The notes beneath the pieces are model-generated. The model was not told the DNA's origin, searched no databases, and saw only the letters and a program-made list of their open reading frames with translations. Made by a program: the position numbers and the translations under genes. A DNA stretch of 63,991 nt, filler included, from Sphacelaria rigidula (lineage: Eukaryota), in assembly GCA_964200075.2 (NCBI GenBank). It is 3 parts of 3 records of this genome, joined end to end, with 100 filler letters (N's around TTAATTAATTAA, not from the genome) between each part and the next. Parts side by side here need not be neighbours in the genome. Positions count along the whole stretch, not along the records: positions 21,405 to 42,702 come from CAXNAA020000440.1; 2 more parts are not named here. One strand, 5' to 3'. This document shows positions 25,961-39,109 of this stretch, piece by piece (positions within the stretch are counted from its first letter, which is position 1; every line of letters begins with the position of its first letter).

Positions 25961-26290
25961 AGCCGGTCGCCCCGGTGGCTCAGCTGGTAACAACCTCGAA
26001 ACCCTTTGACGGCCGGGTCATGAGTTCGAATCTCGGTGCAGTCGTACGATTTGGATTTTTTTCTCACACAATGCCCAACAGTGGATAGCGTCTATGTCGT
26101 GGGTACACAGAAGTGGACCCAACGATCGACGAGGGAAGGGGAAGTAACGAAGAAAGAGGTGGAAGGAAAATGAAGAAGGAAAAACTCCTGCGTCGGCCCT
26201 CCTCCTGTGTGACCCTGGCTAGTGCGCCCACATATACCGGAAGCTTTAGACCAGCGTCCAGAATAGATGGGATGGCAATACACACACACA
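25961..26290 (+). mobile_element. tRNA-derived SINE, copy 1
   Basis: A-box TGGCTCAGCTGG, B-box AGTTCGAATCT, conserved body and (CA)n tail. Homologous copies at 27338, 52180, 53731 and 58063. Confidence 0.8.
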
Positions 26291-27337
26291 GTGTCACTGT
26301 GTGCACCAAAAATTGCACACGTTTGCGGTAATCCTCTCGAGCAGTGGAGCAACTCAGGCCGTGTCTTGAAAAAAAAATCGACTCGAAAACGTCGAATCGA
26401 ACTGGTGGTTACGAGGCAGAATCTTTTACGTCCACGGTATTTATGTTCCTAGATGGCTTCGAGTCCATTTTATAACTAGTTGCGAGCGACGGGCAGGGTC
26501 AAGAACAGAAAAGCTTAGCTTTTTCGAGCGGAACGAGCGGCGGAATGAACGAAGCGGCACGTAACTCCCATGTTGCAGACAACCGTGCTAGATACTACCC
26601 TTTCTCTCACAGAGGTGAGCAAAACCCAAATGGTTCATTCGCAGCTATTGTATACCTACTCAACCTTGCGGCGCAGATCACGAACTGAGCGCAGGGATAC
26701 ATACACTGCAGTGAAAGGAAAGCGACACCACCACTGTTTAGGCATGATGTGTTCCTTTTAGTTCGCGAAAACTCAGGAATCTAATTTTTTGGCATGGTCC
26801 ACCGACGGAGTTGCGTGTTGGAGTAGGCGATCGAATTACCAACGCGCTCATGGACAGTCGAGGCGGTGCAGAACTGCACATGGTTCAAATCTGCTTCGCT
26901 TCCTGCTGTATGCAGAGAGTCAGAAAGCTGTGCTGTCTATCAAATCTGCTGTGTGTCGCGTTGCCCGCTTCTTTTCCTCATCGCGCCCGCATGCTGTGCG
27001 AAACACACACCATCTGGACAACAGTGCAGTACAGTACAGGCCGCCACCGTTGTACAGTCTGTACTGTCTGCTCTGTGCTGTATATTGAATATAAGTAAAG
27101 AAGTACCGCTTCACGAATTCGCTTCGCCTCTTCGATTCAAAGCGTGCAAATTCGCTCGGACCCAAACATAGCAGAACGAAGTTAATCAATTCCGCCGCAC
27201 GAACTTGTTTGAGTCGGAGAAAAAATGATGAGACACGGCCTCAGCCCATCTTGTTGTATTATCCACTCAGCGGTCCTTTCGCGTGATGAAAGTTTCGGTA
27301 GGGCCAGCATATACAATTTTTGTCGATTCGTACATGA

Positions 27338-27680
27338 AGCCGGTCGACCCGGTGGCTCAGTTGATGAATTCGAAACCCTCTGACGGTAGGGACGTGGGTT
27401 CGAATCTCGGTGAATTTTTCACGATCTGGGATTTTATCCCACATCATGCCCAGCAGTCGAGAGCGACTATGTCGTGTACACAAAATCGACTTCACGTTCA
27501 ACGAGGGAAAGGAACTGCTGAACCGATAAAAGTCAAGACAAGCATCGCAGAAGGAAGGTGGGCTACTAAAACCAAAGAAGAAAACTCATGTGACCCCGGT
27601 CGATGCGCCCACATATACCGAAAGGTGTAGAATGGCGTCCAGAATATATGGATAACACCACCCACACATACACGCACAAA
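27338..27680 (+). mobile_element. tRNA-derived SINE, copy 2
   Basis: agccggtcgacccggtggctcagttg...ggttcgaatctcgg...ggcgtccagaatatatgga...cacac tail. Confidence 0.8.
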
Positions 27681-28606
27681 CATCTGGCCCCGTAAGAAGT
27701 GGTATTAACACTCCCTGCGGATATAAATGAACGATCGTGGCGTCCCCCGCCCCGCCCCCACGCCACTAGGGGAAAATAAGAGAATACTAGTCATGTGTTT
27801 GCCGTTAGTACTCGTATGCCTTCGACATGCATCTGTCTCGCTGTCAGGTGGTGTCAGAAAGTCGTTGCGCCGAAATAGCGGCGGTGATCCTTCACGTATG
27901 TAATTGACAGTTCTCAAATCAAGTCAGCGATGAGCAATCGCGCTATGATTTTTTACCTCTGCACATATAACACCCTTGATAGGAGATGGACTTGACCTGT
28001 AGACCGCAAGGGTAATCCGTCTGGACCACGCTCTCTCTTTTTTTTTTTCCGAAGTGAAATTGATGCTGATTCAACAGATGACCTACTCTCGCCGTCGAAA
28101 GGTTACAAAATGAGAGTTACACAAGAGAATAACTGCTGAAAGAAACTCTACATCAGCACGATGAAATTTGTGTGTGTGTGTGTGTGTGTTTTTTTTTTTG
28201 CTTATTTTTCCGAAACTCCCCAAATCAATCGGTGCTGGTGATCGACCAACAACAAGAGCCAGCCTCATTTTCCCCACGCCTATCTTCGCGTATAGGTCAA
28301 GAAGTAGGAACAAGAAGTTGGGTACAGACCCAGCATCCGAAATCACCACATCGTGGGGGAGGAGGTAACGTCATGGTGTGGGTTGTGCTGAGATTATACC
28401 GAACGTATGACTCGTGCATCAACTGGTTCCCTACTGCCGGAGTTTGACGTGTTGTACCCAATATCACCCCAACCCCCGTCGCTTTCACTTGCGTCATGAA
28501 CACGTATTCGCTATTCACGGCACAGCGGCAATTTGGTAAGGGGTGCAAATATACGTACGTGACGTGATTCCAGAAGCAGCTACTGATCGATCGACGCTCG
28601 AGATGT

Positions 28607-31600
28607 ATGGATGACGACTTTTTCAAGTCTCTGGTTCCGAATCCATATGGTGACGCCTGGATCCGTGCGCAACAGACCGAGGCAAAGCTCTATCTTAGCA
28701 TGCACGTTTCGCCACATGTAGTCAACTGGATTAAATAGCCTGAGAAAACGGTGTGCATTGTTGCGGCGAAAATCTTTCCGGTTGGTCGCCGATACCTCGA
28801 AGGGATCTGTTATCCTGTTGTCTATTTCAACGATGAGCTATTTTCTCGTGTGGTGATGATGAAAGAAACTCAGAAAGCTGGAAGAACTGCATCGTTGATA
28901 TATACATGTATATTATACCCAGGTTAGGTCTTCAGACAGCTAGCTGCACGCGTCTGCAAAACGCATCCTATTCGGAGACACACTCAAAGAGTGTCGATTT
29001 GTTTTTTGCGCGTTTTTCGTCTACACTATTGTATGCAGAGTATGAAAGGATTACGTTGAATGCAGTCGAGGAGCGAATTCTTCCCCCAGACGTACGTATC
29101 AAGATCGCGGTGGCCCAGGCCAACGCGGGTGATTATGGGCAGGAGAAGATGGAAGCCGATGTAAGAGAATTTGCTTGGGCAATTGTCTTTTGTTCGTTTT
29201 TTGTCACGATATGTCTTTCGGTTCGGCAAGTACCTTTCCAGTATCACGCGAGGGACCGCAACAGTGTTTGCCAGCAAGATGCCGTAGCATCTGTAGGACA
29301 GCGATTCGTAGACCGGGGTAGGTGTGTTTCTGTATAATACTTTTGAAATGAATTTGCCTGCCCCTCGCGCAGCACTACGGTTTGATGGAAGCCCCCCGCA
29401 TATATGTATAGACAACAGTCATGGACAAACTGTGTGTGACTTTCTTCAGATGGAACGATGAAACGTTTTGGTTTTTATTTTCGATTATTCAGCCGTCTTG
29501 AGTGTGCAGTGAGTTGCCGCGGAAGAGTTTTTCCCGAATGATGTTTATTTTTAGTCTGCTTCTGCTTGAGTGTCCAGTATCTACGATCCTCTTGTCGATG
29601 GTAGCCATGTTTTTACTGCGATTCACTGCACGGCTACCGAGACAGTATTATGTTCGACATACGCTCATGTCGGTTATCGGCCTTTCCATTTCATTGAAGA
29701 CAAATGTTTCCCGGGACGAATCCCCTGCGTGTTCTTTGGTGCCGGGTCATCATTTGGCGGGAGACGTTGATAGTGTGTTAACGCCACATATTTTGATTCA
29801 CATTTTTTTGCTCGCCGTACTGAAGGTGCTTTTGTTTGCCTCTCTGTACGTCTGTCTCTCCGATTGGTGTCTTATATTCGATTCCATAATGTTCTTTTTT
29901 ATTCACTTTTCTTCAGAGAGTGTTGGAGTGTTTTTTTCTCGGGCAAGTCCATCCTGTCACCACGGCTGGATCCCTGCGGGATCTGTTCAAGTAGTGCGAT
30001 AACCTGTAGATCAATGGATCTGTGTCGTCTGTTTTTTTGTTTCGCTCCCAATTTTTTGTCCTCTCACCAACAGATGAAGAGACTAGACAGCTTGGTGCGA
30101 ACGCTGTCGCTCTATGGCCTCTTGGAGCGAAGGTCTATGGAGACGTCCAGGTGCGAGTTGTCGTCATTTATAGTATTGTCGTTCGCTCAGCCGATTTCAG
30201 GCCGCATCGCAGCTGCTGCGGAGTGACCGAGATGTTATCTCTTGTTCCAAGAGCAAAGTGACGTGACGAAGAGTGAAACGCCCGATTATTGTTCTACACC
30301 ACATGCAGAAAAACATACTTGTGCGGGAAGAAATTGCGGTTAGGGATCGGGGACAACGCTGGGTGCTGAGTTTTGTTGTTTTCCTTTTTACTCGGAGCGT
30401 TTGTCCCCCTGGTAGCTCGTAGGTGAGGCGGTTGCAGTTGGCGAGAGGGCATGTGCCCTTGTTTTCTTTTCACCCCTTCGTGTGTGAAGTGTCTTGTAAG
30501 GTAGGAGCTCATCAAACTTTCGAAGCTGACTTATTTCTGTCGATGACTGTACTCGCTGTTATGGGTCTCAACCGACCCCGCCCCGACTCATCGTACTCTC
30601 TGCAGGTCGGGCGACCCTCTCGCCCCCGACCGTGTGCGTGAGCTCGGGAAAATGTTGGTGGCGGCCGTCCAGCTTGAGCTTTTCCAGATGTTGGACGAGA
30701 TCTGTGAGGCCGGAGACGTTGATAACGAGCTGTTCGATGACTTGTGTTGCGACACGATTCAGGAGGGTCGACGCAATGGTTTCGTGCTACTCACGCTGGA
30801 GCAGCTGATTTCGCCTGGGTCAGGGTACAAGCGTCTGTTGCAGATCCGGAAGGATCAGGTGTGTGTGACTGTGTGTGTGTTTGTGTGCAGAGTTTTGGAG
30901 CTTTGTTGTTGTTGTTGTTGTTGTTGTTGTCTTGTTGAGGCGGTAGTGTGGGAAGCATTGGATTCAACTACCCTTGACCACCTGAGTAGTCAGCAAGCGG
31001 TACGTCAACTTCCGCCGCCGGAGAATCGTATCTCCACGTGTTGTGGCCCTGTTGTGTGTGGTCATTTCCCAGCTTCATAGCAAGTATGAGCGCCGCTACC
31101 TACCTACAGGTACCGGCATGTCCTGTGCGATCACACCGCAGGGATGATGTCTTGCCCTCGAAGACTGGGCATGCCCTTGGACGCCTGGCACGGGCAGTGT
31201 TGTGTCGCTGCTTGCTCGCGTCAACGCCCATGAAAAGTATATACGAGGCTGATGACATGTAGTGTGCTGCGTCGCAGTCATCGCGCGCACTCTTGCAACT
31301 GAGTGTACGCACTGCCCTGCTGCATCTCAATGGACAAACACATGCGCTATTAACAGCGCTTCCATGCGCATGATGTGAGGATTTTTCTATTCTGAATGTT
31401 CCATCCGGAGTTCAGATTCACCTGTGAATGCGCACGACCACCGACGGCTGTTAAAGTACGAAGATTATTGTCTACGCCTTCCTCCTCGCCCTGCAACGCC
31501 GTGCTATTGTCCAGTTTGTGGAGGAGATTGCAGATGTGGCGGGAATCCGAGGTCTGGCCGGGCACGACTGCAACAAATCGCCGACAAGCTCTGAAGGCAG

Positions 31601-34600
31601 CGTACCGGGTACGTAGTTCATTGACTTTGTTGTAGAAAGAGCCCATTTCCCCTGTACTGGAGGGTGGACTGTACACGAAGAGAGCTTGGCTTGGTTGGTT
31701 TTGAGGAGTTGTCAAGCGTATTCCGCGTTTTCTGCGATACTCTCTCCAAAATTCGTCCTTGAGAAATTAGGGAAGGGTAGGAGCGAGAGTAGTGACATGA
31801 AGCAGGATTCGAAAAAAAGTGTCGGCGGGGAGAGGGGGCTTGATGGAGTCTTGTTGAAGCTTGGTCGAGAAGCTGACCTGCTGACATATGTGCACAAAAA
31901 CTCTATCCAACCAGTCCTCTTCATTGTTGCGCACAAGAAGTGAACAATGTTTTTTGCCTTGCAATGTTGCAGTAGTCACATCACGCGGCGCGCGAGGTCA
32001 GAAGGAGAACCGGGTGACTTCGGCAAGATGAAACTGTTTACATCAACCTCAACATTTACTTCGTAGCAGTGTGAAATAACTCTGTAGCCGCAGCGTCCGT
32101 CTCCTCGTGGAAGAAAGATCCGGTAGATCAGCAAGCGATCCCCTTCCCTCCTCCCCGCTTGGTTTATGGTCAAACGACTAAGGCAAGCGACAACTGAGTA
32201 CATACCCCCCCAGCCCGCTCCCGCCCCCTTCAGCGCTCCGTCTCGAAACGGATACGTGGTCGATGATCAAACGACTGAGGCAGGCAATGACTGAGGATGC
32301 CCCCTGCCCCCACGGCGCACCTATGAAGCTTATTGCTCCAATTTTCTGATTTCTTCTTGGGCACTCTTCGTTTATTCCCCCTTCGCTTCTCTGCTGGTAT
32401 GCTCTTCGTCTCTCGTCATTTTTATGCAGGTAAAAAAAGAGTGTTGTACAGTGATCGCGGCTCGCCGCCGAGAGAATCTAGCCCCCACCACGTCAGCAAC
32501 AGAAATGGCAACACTAATGGTAGGGGTCACGACAACGGTACGAGTCGCGTGAACGGCAACCTGTCGCCTTCTTCGCCGTCGGGCCACCGTCGCACACACA
32601 CGGATCGGATACGGGAACTCCTCAGCAGGGTCGACGGACTCGTCGATGATGTTGCTGAGGACCCCGACGAACAGGAGAGTCTCAACGCTGGTGCCGACCT
32701 ACCGCCACTTTCCCCCTCGGGGCTTACTCTGCGCGCGAGCGGCAGCGGTGGTGGTGGCGGCGACACCTCGAGCATCCGCAGCGGCACCCGCAGCCATCGC
32801 AGTGGGGTTACCATGGAAAGTAGCGGGGCGCGGGTGTCTCTCGGCGATCTTCGACCCACGTCGTCTTCGAGGAATGGCAGCGAAACGTCTTCGCAACTGC
32901 CAGAGGACCCGGAGCAGAGGACGTTTTTTGCTGACGAGAGCGAGGCGCACCCTTGCTCAGACCCATTCACACTGGCGGAGGGACGGTTTCATCCACCAGT
33001 ACTGCCCAAAGAAACGACGAAAGAGACTCGGTTATTGTCGGAAGTGGATTGGCTCATCGCGGGAACGATGGCAGCACTGGGGGATGAGGCCGAGGAGCTG
33101 GGCGCGTCGTTGACTCCCGACAAGAACGGCGAACACGGCGCGTCGCCGGAGGTTGCGGGCACGTCTGAGCGTGTCGATATGGACGGTGAAAGCGTGCCGG
33201 AGCGTGATGCTTCGCCGGGGCGAAGAGAAGTCATGAAAGACTCTTCGTCGCAGGCTCCGACAGCCGTAGTAACGGACCAGGAGGACGGCGGGGAGCGGGG
33301 GAGTGAAGAAGAGGTCGGCGGATTGCCGTCGCCCCCGGAGAGGAAGATGATCATGGAAGCCGCGAAGGAGGAAATAGTGTACAGTGGTCAAATGGAGAAG
33401 GTGGGTGAGTTGAAGATCGGAGTCAAACTAGCTCCGCCCGAAGTTGATGTCACCGAGGACATTTCCACCGGGGGCGTGTGTTTTTCAGGACTAGGCATTC
33501 TCTGAAATATTTTGAGGCTCTCCTGCCATAGGACAGGTGGTCAAAGGCGCGGCGGCAGCGATGCCTGAGGCTGCCATCAAGGTTGAAGTAATCACGGCCG
33601 AGATCGGTTCTGTCGAGGAGACCTCGGTCGCTGACGTATTTGTTGCAGACAAAAGTTTTTCTGAAAATAATCTTGGCGCTCCCTCTGCAGTAGAAATAAC
33701 CGAGGCGGTGAAAGCGGTGGCGGTGTCGGGTGAGAACGTGTCAGTGCCAGTCGAGGGGAGCGAGTCGGCGTGTGCGATCCCTATACAGGCTGGTTCACGG
33801 AACCCCCCCCCAAAACACTCATCAGCAAAACTTCACGCCGTTTTGGAGAGTTGGACCCTGAAATTTTGCACAGGTGTTGTATGGGTCATAACGCAACCTT
33901 GTTTTGACGAGTTTTTTTTTTTTTTTACCTTTTTACTTTTTTCACCGTTTTTCCGGGGTCCCAATTTTTTCGAGAGAACTTCGATCCAGTCGGACCCCCT
34001 AAAACGATGGAGAAAAAAACCCCTCCTCCATACAGAGTTCCAGAATGACCCATAGCACACCTGTGCAAAATATCAGGGTCTAATTCCTTGAAACGGCGTG
34101 AAGTTTTCGCTTTTGTGCGATGAACCTTGCCGTGCCACGGTGAACCGGCAATCTACTAAATTTTAGTATGAAAATGGTGTTTTTGGGCCTTTTTCGACGT
34201 GAACATGAAAATTCAAGCACCAGTTAATCGAGTTTGGCCACGAAACTGTGTGGGGTTCTTCCTTGGGTTTTGCGGCGGCAGAGCGTTCGCGAAAAAAATG
34301 AAAAAAAGACTGTAGTGCCGGTTTTCCGGGGTCCCAAAATGGATGACTTCGAAAAAACGACTTGGATCCCGTCGGACCCCCGAAAAACGGTAACAAAGTT
34401 CGAGAACTAGAAAAACCTAGTTGATCGAAACTTGCGTAATGATTCATAGCACCTTTGTGCGAAGTTTCAGGATCTAACTCCTCCTAGATGCGTGAAGATG
34501 TGCGCGTTTGTGCGAGGATGTGAGCTCAAAACGTGCAAGCTCCTAACTACTTGGTTTGAGTATGAAAACATCTTTTGGGTTGAATTTTACGTCAAGGCGG

Positions 34601-36560
34601 AAAAAATCGTATGAGATTTTCGAGTTTCTTCAATAAAAATTGTACATGTGTTCCTTGGACCATCCTGGGACGCATCATGTTATTTTTTTTCTTCTGAGCC
34701 ATTCTGGACCGCCTTTCGGGGGTCTGTACTGGAACCCCCAGAAGCGCGCAGAGAACGGAGAAACTTCGAACCCTTGCCAAGAACACAATATTTCGGTTTG
34801 GAGCATCAATACCTACGGAACTGCCAAGTTTGAGGATGATGTGAGCTTTTCTACAACAGATGTAAGGGAAATCGTCACGAGACTTCCTGGGTCTTTCCTG
34901 CATATCATGAGTGGAAATTAGACGACTCCAAACTCCACATTACCGAAACATTACGATTTCGGGTATAATTCTACCCTGTTGGAACCGTTTTCAAATCCGT
35001 TTCTCCCGTTGGATTCTTGAGGTGATGACGGTTACTACGATTTGAAGCATGTGGAGATTCGGTGGAAAATGGGCCTGGAGTTCGTATTTTCAATTTCGGA
35101 ACAGTTTGAAAGGCGCTGATTGGTCGAGACACATTCTCGTTCATAGCGCCACCGCTATAGCCTTTGAAAAAATCCGGCTATGTCACCCTCTTCGTCTGTT
35201 AATTGCGGTCAGTATGATACCATGTATGCCGCTATTGGGTGCATATTGCAGAGAGCATTTGCTGATGACAAAATTCGTTTTTTTTTCCGTGAACCAGCCT
35301 GTATATGCTGATGAAATACCTGCAACAGTTTCTACGCTTAACTCTCACGACAGTTCCTCCAATGATGATGGCACACTCGTTCCCGTTGAACTCAAGGATG
35401 GATTTGAGAACGAGAGTTTTGCGGCGTCTTCGTTGGAGTCTGTTGATGGCGACCATCGCGTTGGAGAGGAGGCGGTGCGCGTCGAGGGAATTGGTGCTAG
35501 CCAGGTTTCCCGGGAGGAGGATCCCGCACCCGCCGCCGTTGTTTCTCACGACCCGATTTTGATGGCACAGGATGATGACGCAGCCTCGGACGTGGCATCG
35601 ATAGGGCAAAAAGAAGAGGATACGAACGGCGATGTTGCTCGCGACGGGGAAGTTGTGAAGAACCCACCGGCGAAGGCAGGGCGCATTAATGAGGCTGTGT
35701 CTACGTCGGCACACAAAGAAAAGAGCTATGAAACTACTTCCTCATCCCTCAGTGCGCCCGTCGTGATCAAAGAACCAGAGCCCGTCGCGAAGGCCACGGT
35801 AGCGGTAGAGACAAAACACGCATCTCCGGAAGAAATTTTGATGACACAAGACGATGATGCGGCCTCGCAGGCGGCGTCCGTTGATGGCCAAGATAGCACC
35901 CAAGTCGACTTCGGCGGTCGTCAAACGGGCGACATTGCACAGGAGAACCCCGCCCATCTCGATGTGGAAGGTCACTTGAAAGTGGAAGGAGAGTGTCAGA
36001 CGTGGTCTGCGCATGACAGAGAGGAGGTGGTGAAGGTTTCAAACGTTGTCGCAGCTTCTCTGGATCCGAGGAAAGAACAATCAGAGCAGGAACGGTCACA
36101 ACCAACTTCCAGGGATACGTCCCCGGAAAGCTTCCACTCTCAGTTGCAACAGTCACGGGAGTCGCATCACATCCCAAGCACCGCCGAAACCCGAAAGGCA
36201 ATGGGATTCCACTCAGATTCGGCGGAGCACCTTGAGTTGCAATCGCGGGTTGGCGGTAGAAGCAACAGTAGTAGTCTGAATGGAGATGACCGTCGATTGA
36301 GAAAGGAGCCGGTCATTACGGCGGGCATTCTCGCTTCTGAGACACGACGAGGGGAGCAGCAAGGTGATGACGGAAAGGACGGTGGAGTGGGCGTGACAGC
36401 ATCATCTGCGGCTACGGGCAGCAACGGCGTCGTGGTACCAAATGGAGACCATGGTAGTAATGCCGGTGATGGTGAAGGTGCGAGGGGTGTCGATGGTGAA
36501 GCGCTTGTGAGAGAGATTGTTGATTTGGCCGACGTCAGTTTGGAGGACGAGGCAGAGTGA
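28607..36560 (+). CDS. Hypothetical protein (~1093 aa): folded-looking N-terminal ~260 aa and a long acidic low-complexity C-terminus; last exon interrupted by a TIR element
   Basis: Exons: 28607-28681 (GC donor), 28739-28922, 29039-29160, 30074-30150, 30606-30858, 31515-31608, 32430-33400, 33537-33785 + 35304-36560. Phases are mutually consistent. The 5' end is provisional and no domain was recognised. Confidence 0.7.
32162..32310 (+). repeat. Dispersed repeat family X (ggtcaaacgactaaggcaagcaac...ccccc), tandem pair
   Basis: The same motif occurs at 51750-51935 (+, x2) and 63920-63991 (-). Confidence 0.75.
33786..35301. mobile_element. Non-autonomous TIR DNA transposon (TA TSD, Tc1/mariner-like), 1516 bp, inserted in a coding exon
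   Basis: TA|caggctggttcacggaa ... ttccgtgaaccagcctg|TA. It has an internal inverted repeat (about 33827-33890 vs 34046-34108) and repeated ttttccggggtcccaa / gtcggacccc motifs. No transposase ORF was recognised. Confidence 0.9.
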
Positions 36561-39036
36561 TTTTCAGAGTGATTTTTTTTTTTTCTATATTTTTGAGACG
36601 CAGCCTACAGTGAAAAGGGACATTTCGTGCCCGCCGTGTGGCCTCGTGGTGGTGAGTTCAGGTCATGCAGCGTTTCTGCTTTTATTTTTCTTCTTGCGAC
36701 GTGACGCATATCTCCGACTCGCCTGTTTACGTGTCTCTGCTGGATGGGTGTTGGAGTGTACGTCACTTGTGACGTCTCGTGAGTGCGAGTTGGTATTGCC
36801 GAAGTGCGAAGTGTGATCGGGTTACAGTATGTGAGTTGGCCGTGGCTGGCGATGTTTCGAAGTCGAGGAGACGATATTATGAAAATATTCGAAAGTACTG
36901 CTTGTCATCGCCTGTTCGGTGCATGTCTGCGGCAGTGATGATACAGGTGCACGAGTGATGTGTGGGTGGGTGGTTCAGCCAAACCCAGGCTCTAGATGTA
37001 ATTCAATATTGTTTCAATCGGATTGCTGTGTTTCGTTGAGTGTTTATTGTAGCGTGTTGTCGTTGGACGTTTAGCCTCTTGTTGTGAGAGGGGAGGATAT
37101 GAGGTATAATGATATAACTTGTGAATGAGAGTTTTCCTGCGCAAGATCGGCAAAATCCTTGACAAAATGAGTATTTCAGATTTTGTCGGACGGGTATGTC
37201 TAATTTGTGTTTGCCTTTCCAGCGCCCAGGGGGTTGGTCTCTAGTTGGACTTTAGCTGGACGGAATATTAGAGGGTGGGGGTATTGCTTGGTTTCAGGGA
37301 AGAGACAAGACCTCCACGGCGATGTAAAGCACTATCCAGTACCACTACCATCACTCAAACTACGTATCGACAACAAAGCCACCCGTAGCAGTGAGGGTGT
37401 GCGGGTGCAGTCATCATGATGATACTCAAGGCGGTAGTATACATGGGCAAATTGATCAATCGAGCACGAAGGAACTACAGTAACTGATGGTCATCTACGC
37501 CCGGTCTTGATGAACCATTCCTCAAGATATAAGGCTTGATCATCTGTCATGTGTGGGTCTAGAAAATATGTGTATTGACGTTTATCGTCCCCCTTACGGT
37601 ATTTTTGTGGTGCAAAATCGCGGAATCGACGAAACACGTCAACACTGTTTACGCTCGGAGTTCAGCAGAAACATCAAATGGGGATATATGCTGAGTCTGT
37701 AACATGAAAACGAGGTGTGTGTTGGGGGGGCATTTTCGCCTCATACGGCCGGCCCATGCGCAACAGAGCTTCTCTAAAAACATTTCTCATACCCTCGTAG
37801 CGCGAGATTAGCAGACGTTCATCGGATGTGGTATTTCTTCCCCTCAAATACCTTTTCTAGACGGGTGCAGACTACCTGACTTTGAACAACTTTTTGGCCT
37901 CATGTACTTCATGCAGTCGGCGCGCGCCCCTACGACCCAAACCTCATGGCACCCTGAAAATGGATGGAAATTCCCCGCTTTTTGACAACTGAACGAAGAC
38001 TATGACCAAACCTGGCGAGCATGTTTTTCCGTGAACAAACTTTTGTCCACAAACAACTGTCGGTAACTTCTCTCACTCTGGCACTCCAAAGGTGGTTTCG
38101 CCGCACTCCATGATCCGGGAGAAGATATTCCGCATACTGCATGGGAACCCGAGTAAGATTTTCCGGCAAATCCGAATGTGGGCATACAAGCTATCCCCCC
38201 GGACTCCAATTTCACGAAGTGTAATTGGTTTCTGCTGCGGGTAAAACTTCGACTCTCCGTTTTTTTTCTTTTTCTTGACTGCATCCACCCAATATAAATG
38301 ACTGTCAGGACCTGAGAGAAGGTGGCCGCTTTGGGTACGGTTAAAAATGCGGAGATACCGTCGAACAGCAATACTAAACCTTTCTGGGATTGGCATCAGG
38401 CAGTCCGTGGAGAACGGAACAGAAGTCGACAAGTTATCGTTCGTATTAGAAAAAAAAGCGCATGAAATGCTTTGCAGGCTGGAAAACACGTATTTTCATG
38501 AAGAATACCTTCGTACCCCCATTAGTGTTGTATGCGGTTGTAAGAACTCTACCGTAGTACATCAATACCTGGCGGGGGGACAGGGAAGCCGTCCTCCCTA
38601 AGGTCTTGAAAGTCGTTCAAACTAGGTGGATGTAGTTAAGAAAAACTAAACTGTCTAGCTTTCATACCTGTTGCGAACTTCGGTCGGGAGTAAAGTACGG
38701 TAGAGCAACGAAAGCTAGCTATGATCGGGTTTGCCTGCCGTACTTCCGACAGCGTTGCGTAAAAGCCACAAGACCTTCGCTGTCGGCGGTTGATGGCGTC
38801 GGTGTCAAATGCAACGACAAGGGGATGGCCGTAGAGCATTCTCGTCCCAGCTTGTAATGCATGACCTCCTCACATCGGAGTAACTCTGGAAAGCTACTCG
38901 TACTGTACAGAGGTGTTCACGCGACCAGCGTACGCTCCAGATTGCAGCATGGACGGACTCCTATGCGCCACGCTAGGAACAGTCAAATCACCACCGTAGG
39001 TATCTTTTTTCACTCCCCATGTCAAAACGGTCTCTA

Positions 39037-39109
39037 CAAGTGTTTGATCTTTCATACACCCCCCTCAACGGCACAAGTGTTTGATCTATTATATACCACC
39101 CTCAACGGC
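39037..39109. repeat. 36-bp tandem duplication
   Basis: caagtgtttgatct...accccctcaacggc x2. Confidence 0.75.

Noticed and set aside
35049-35297. N-terminus of the 503-aa ORF as a separate gene start
   Set aside because: It lies inside the transposon. The host frame resumes at 35298/35304.
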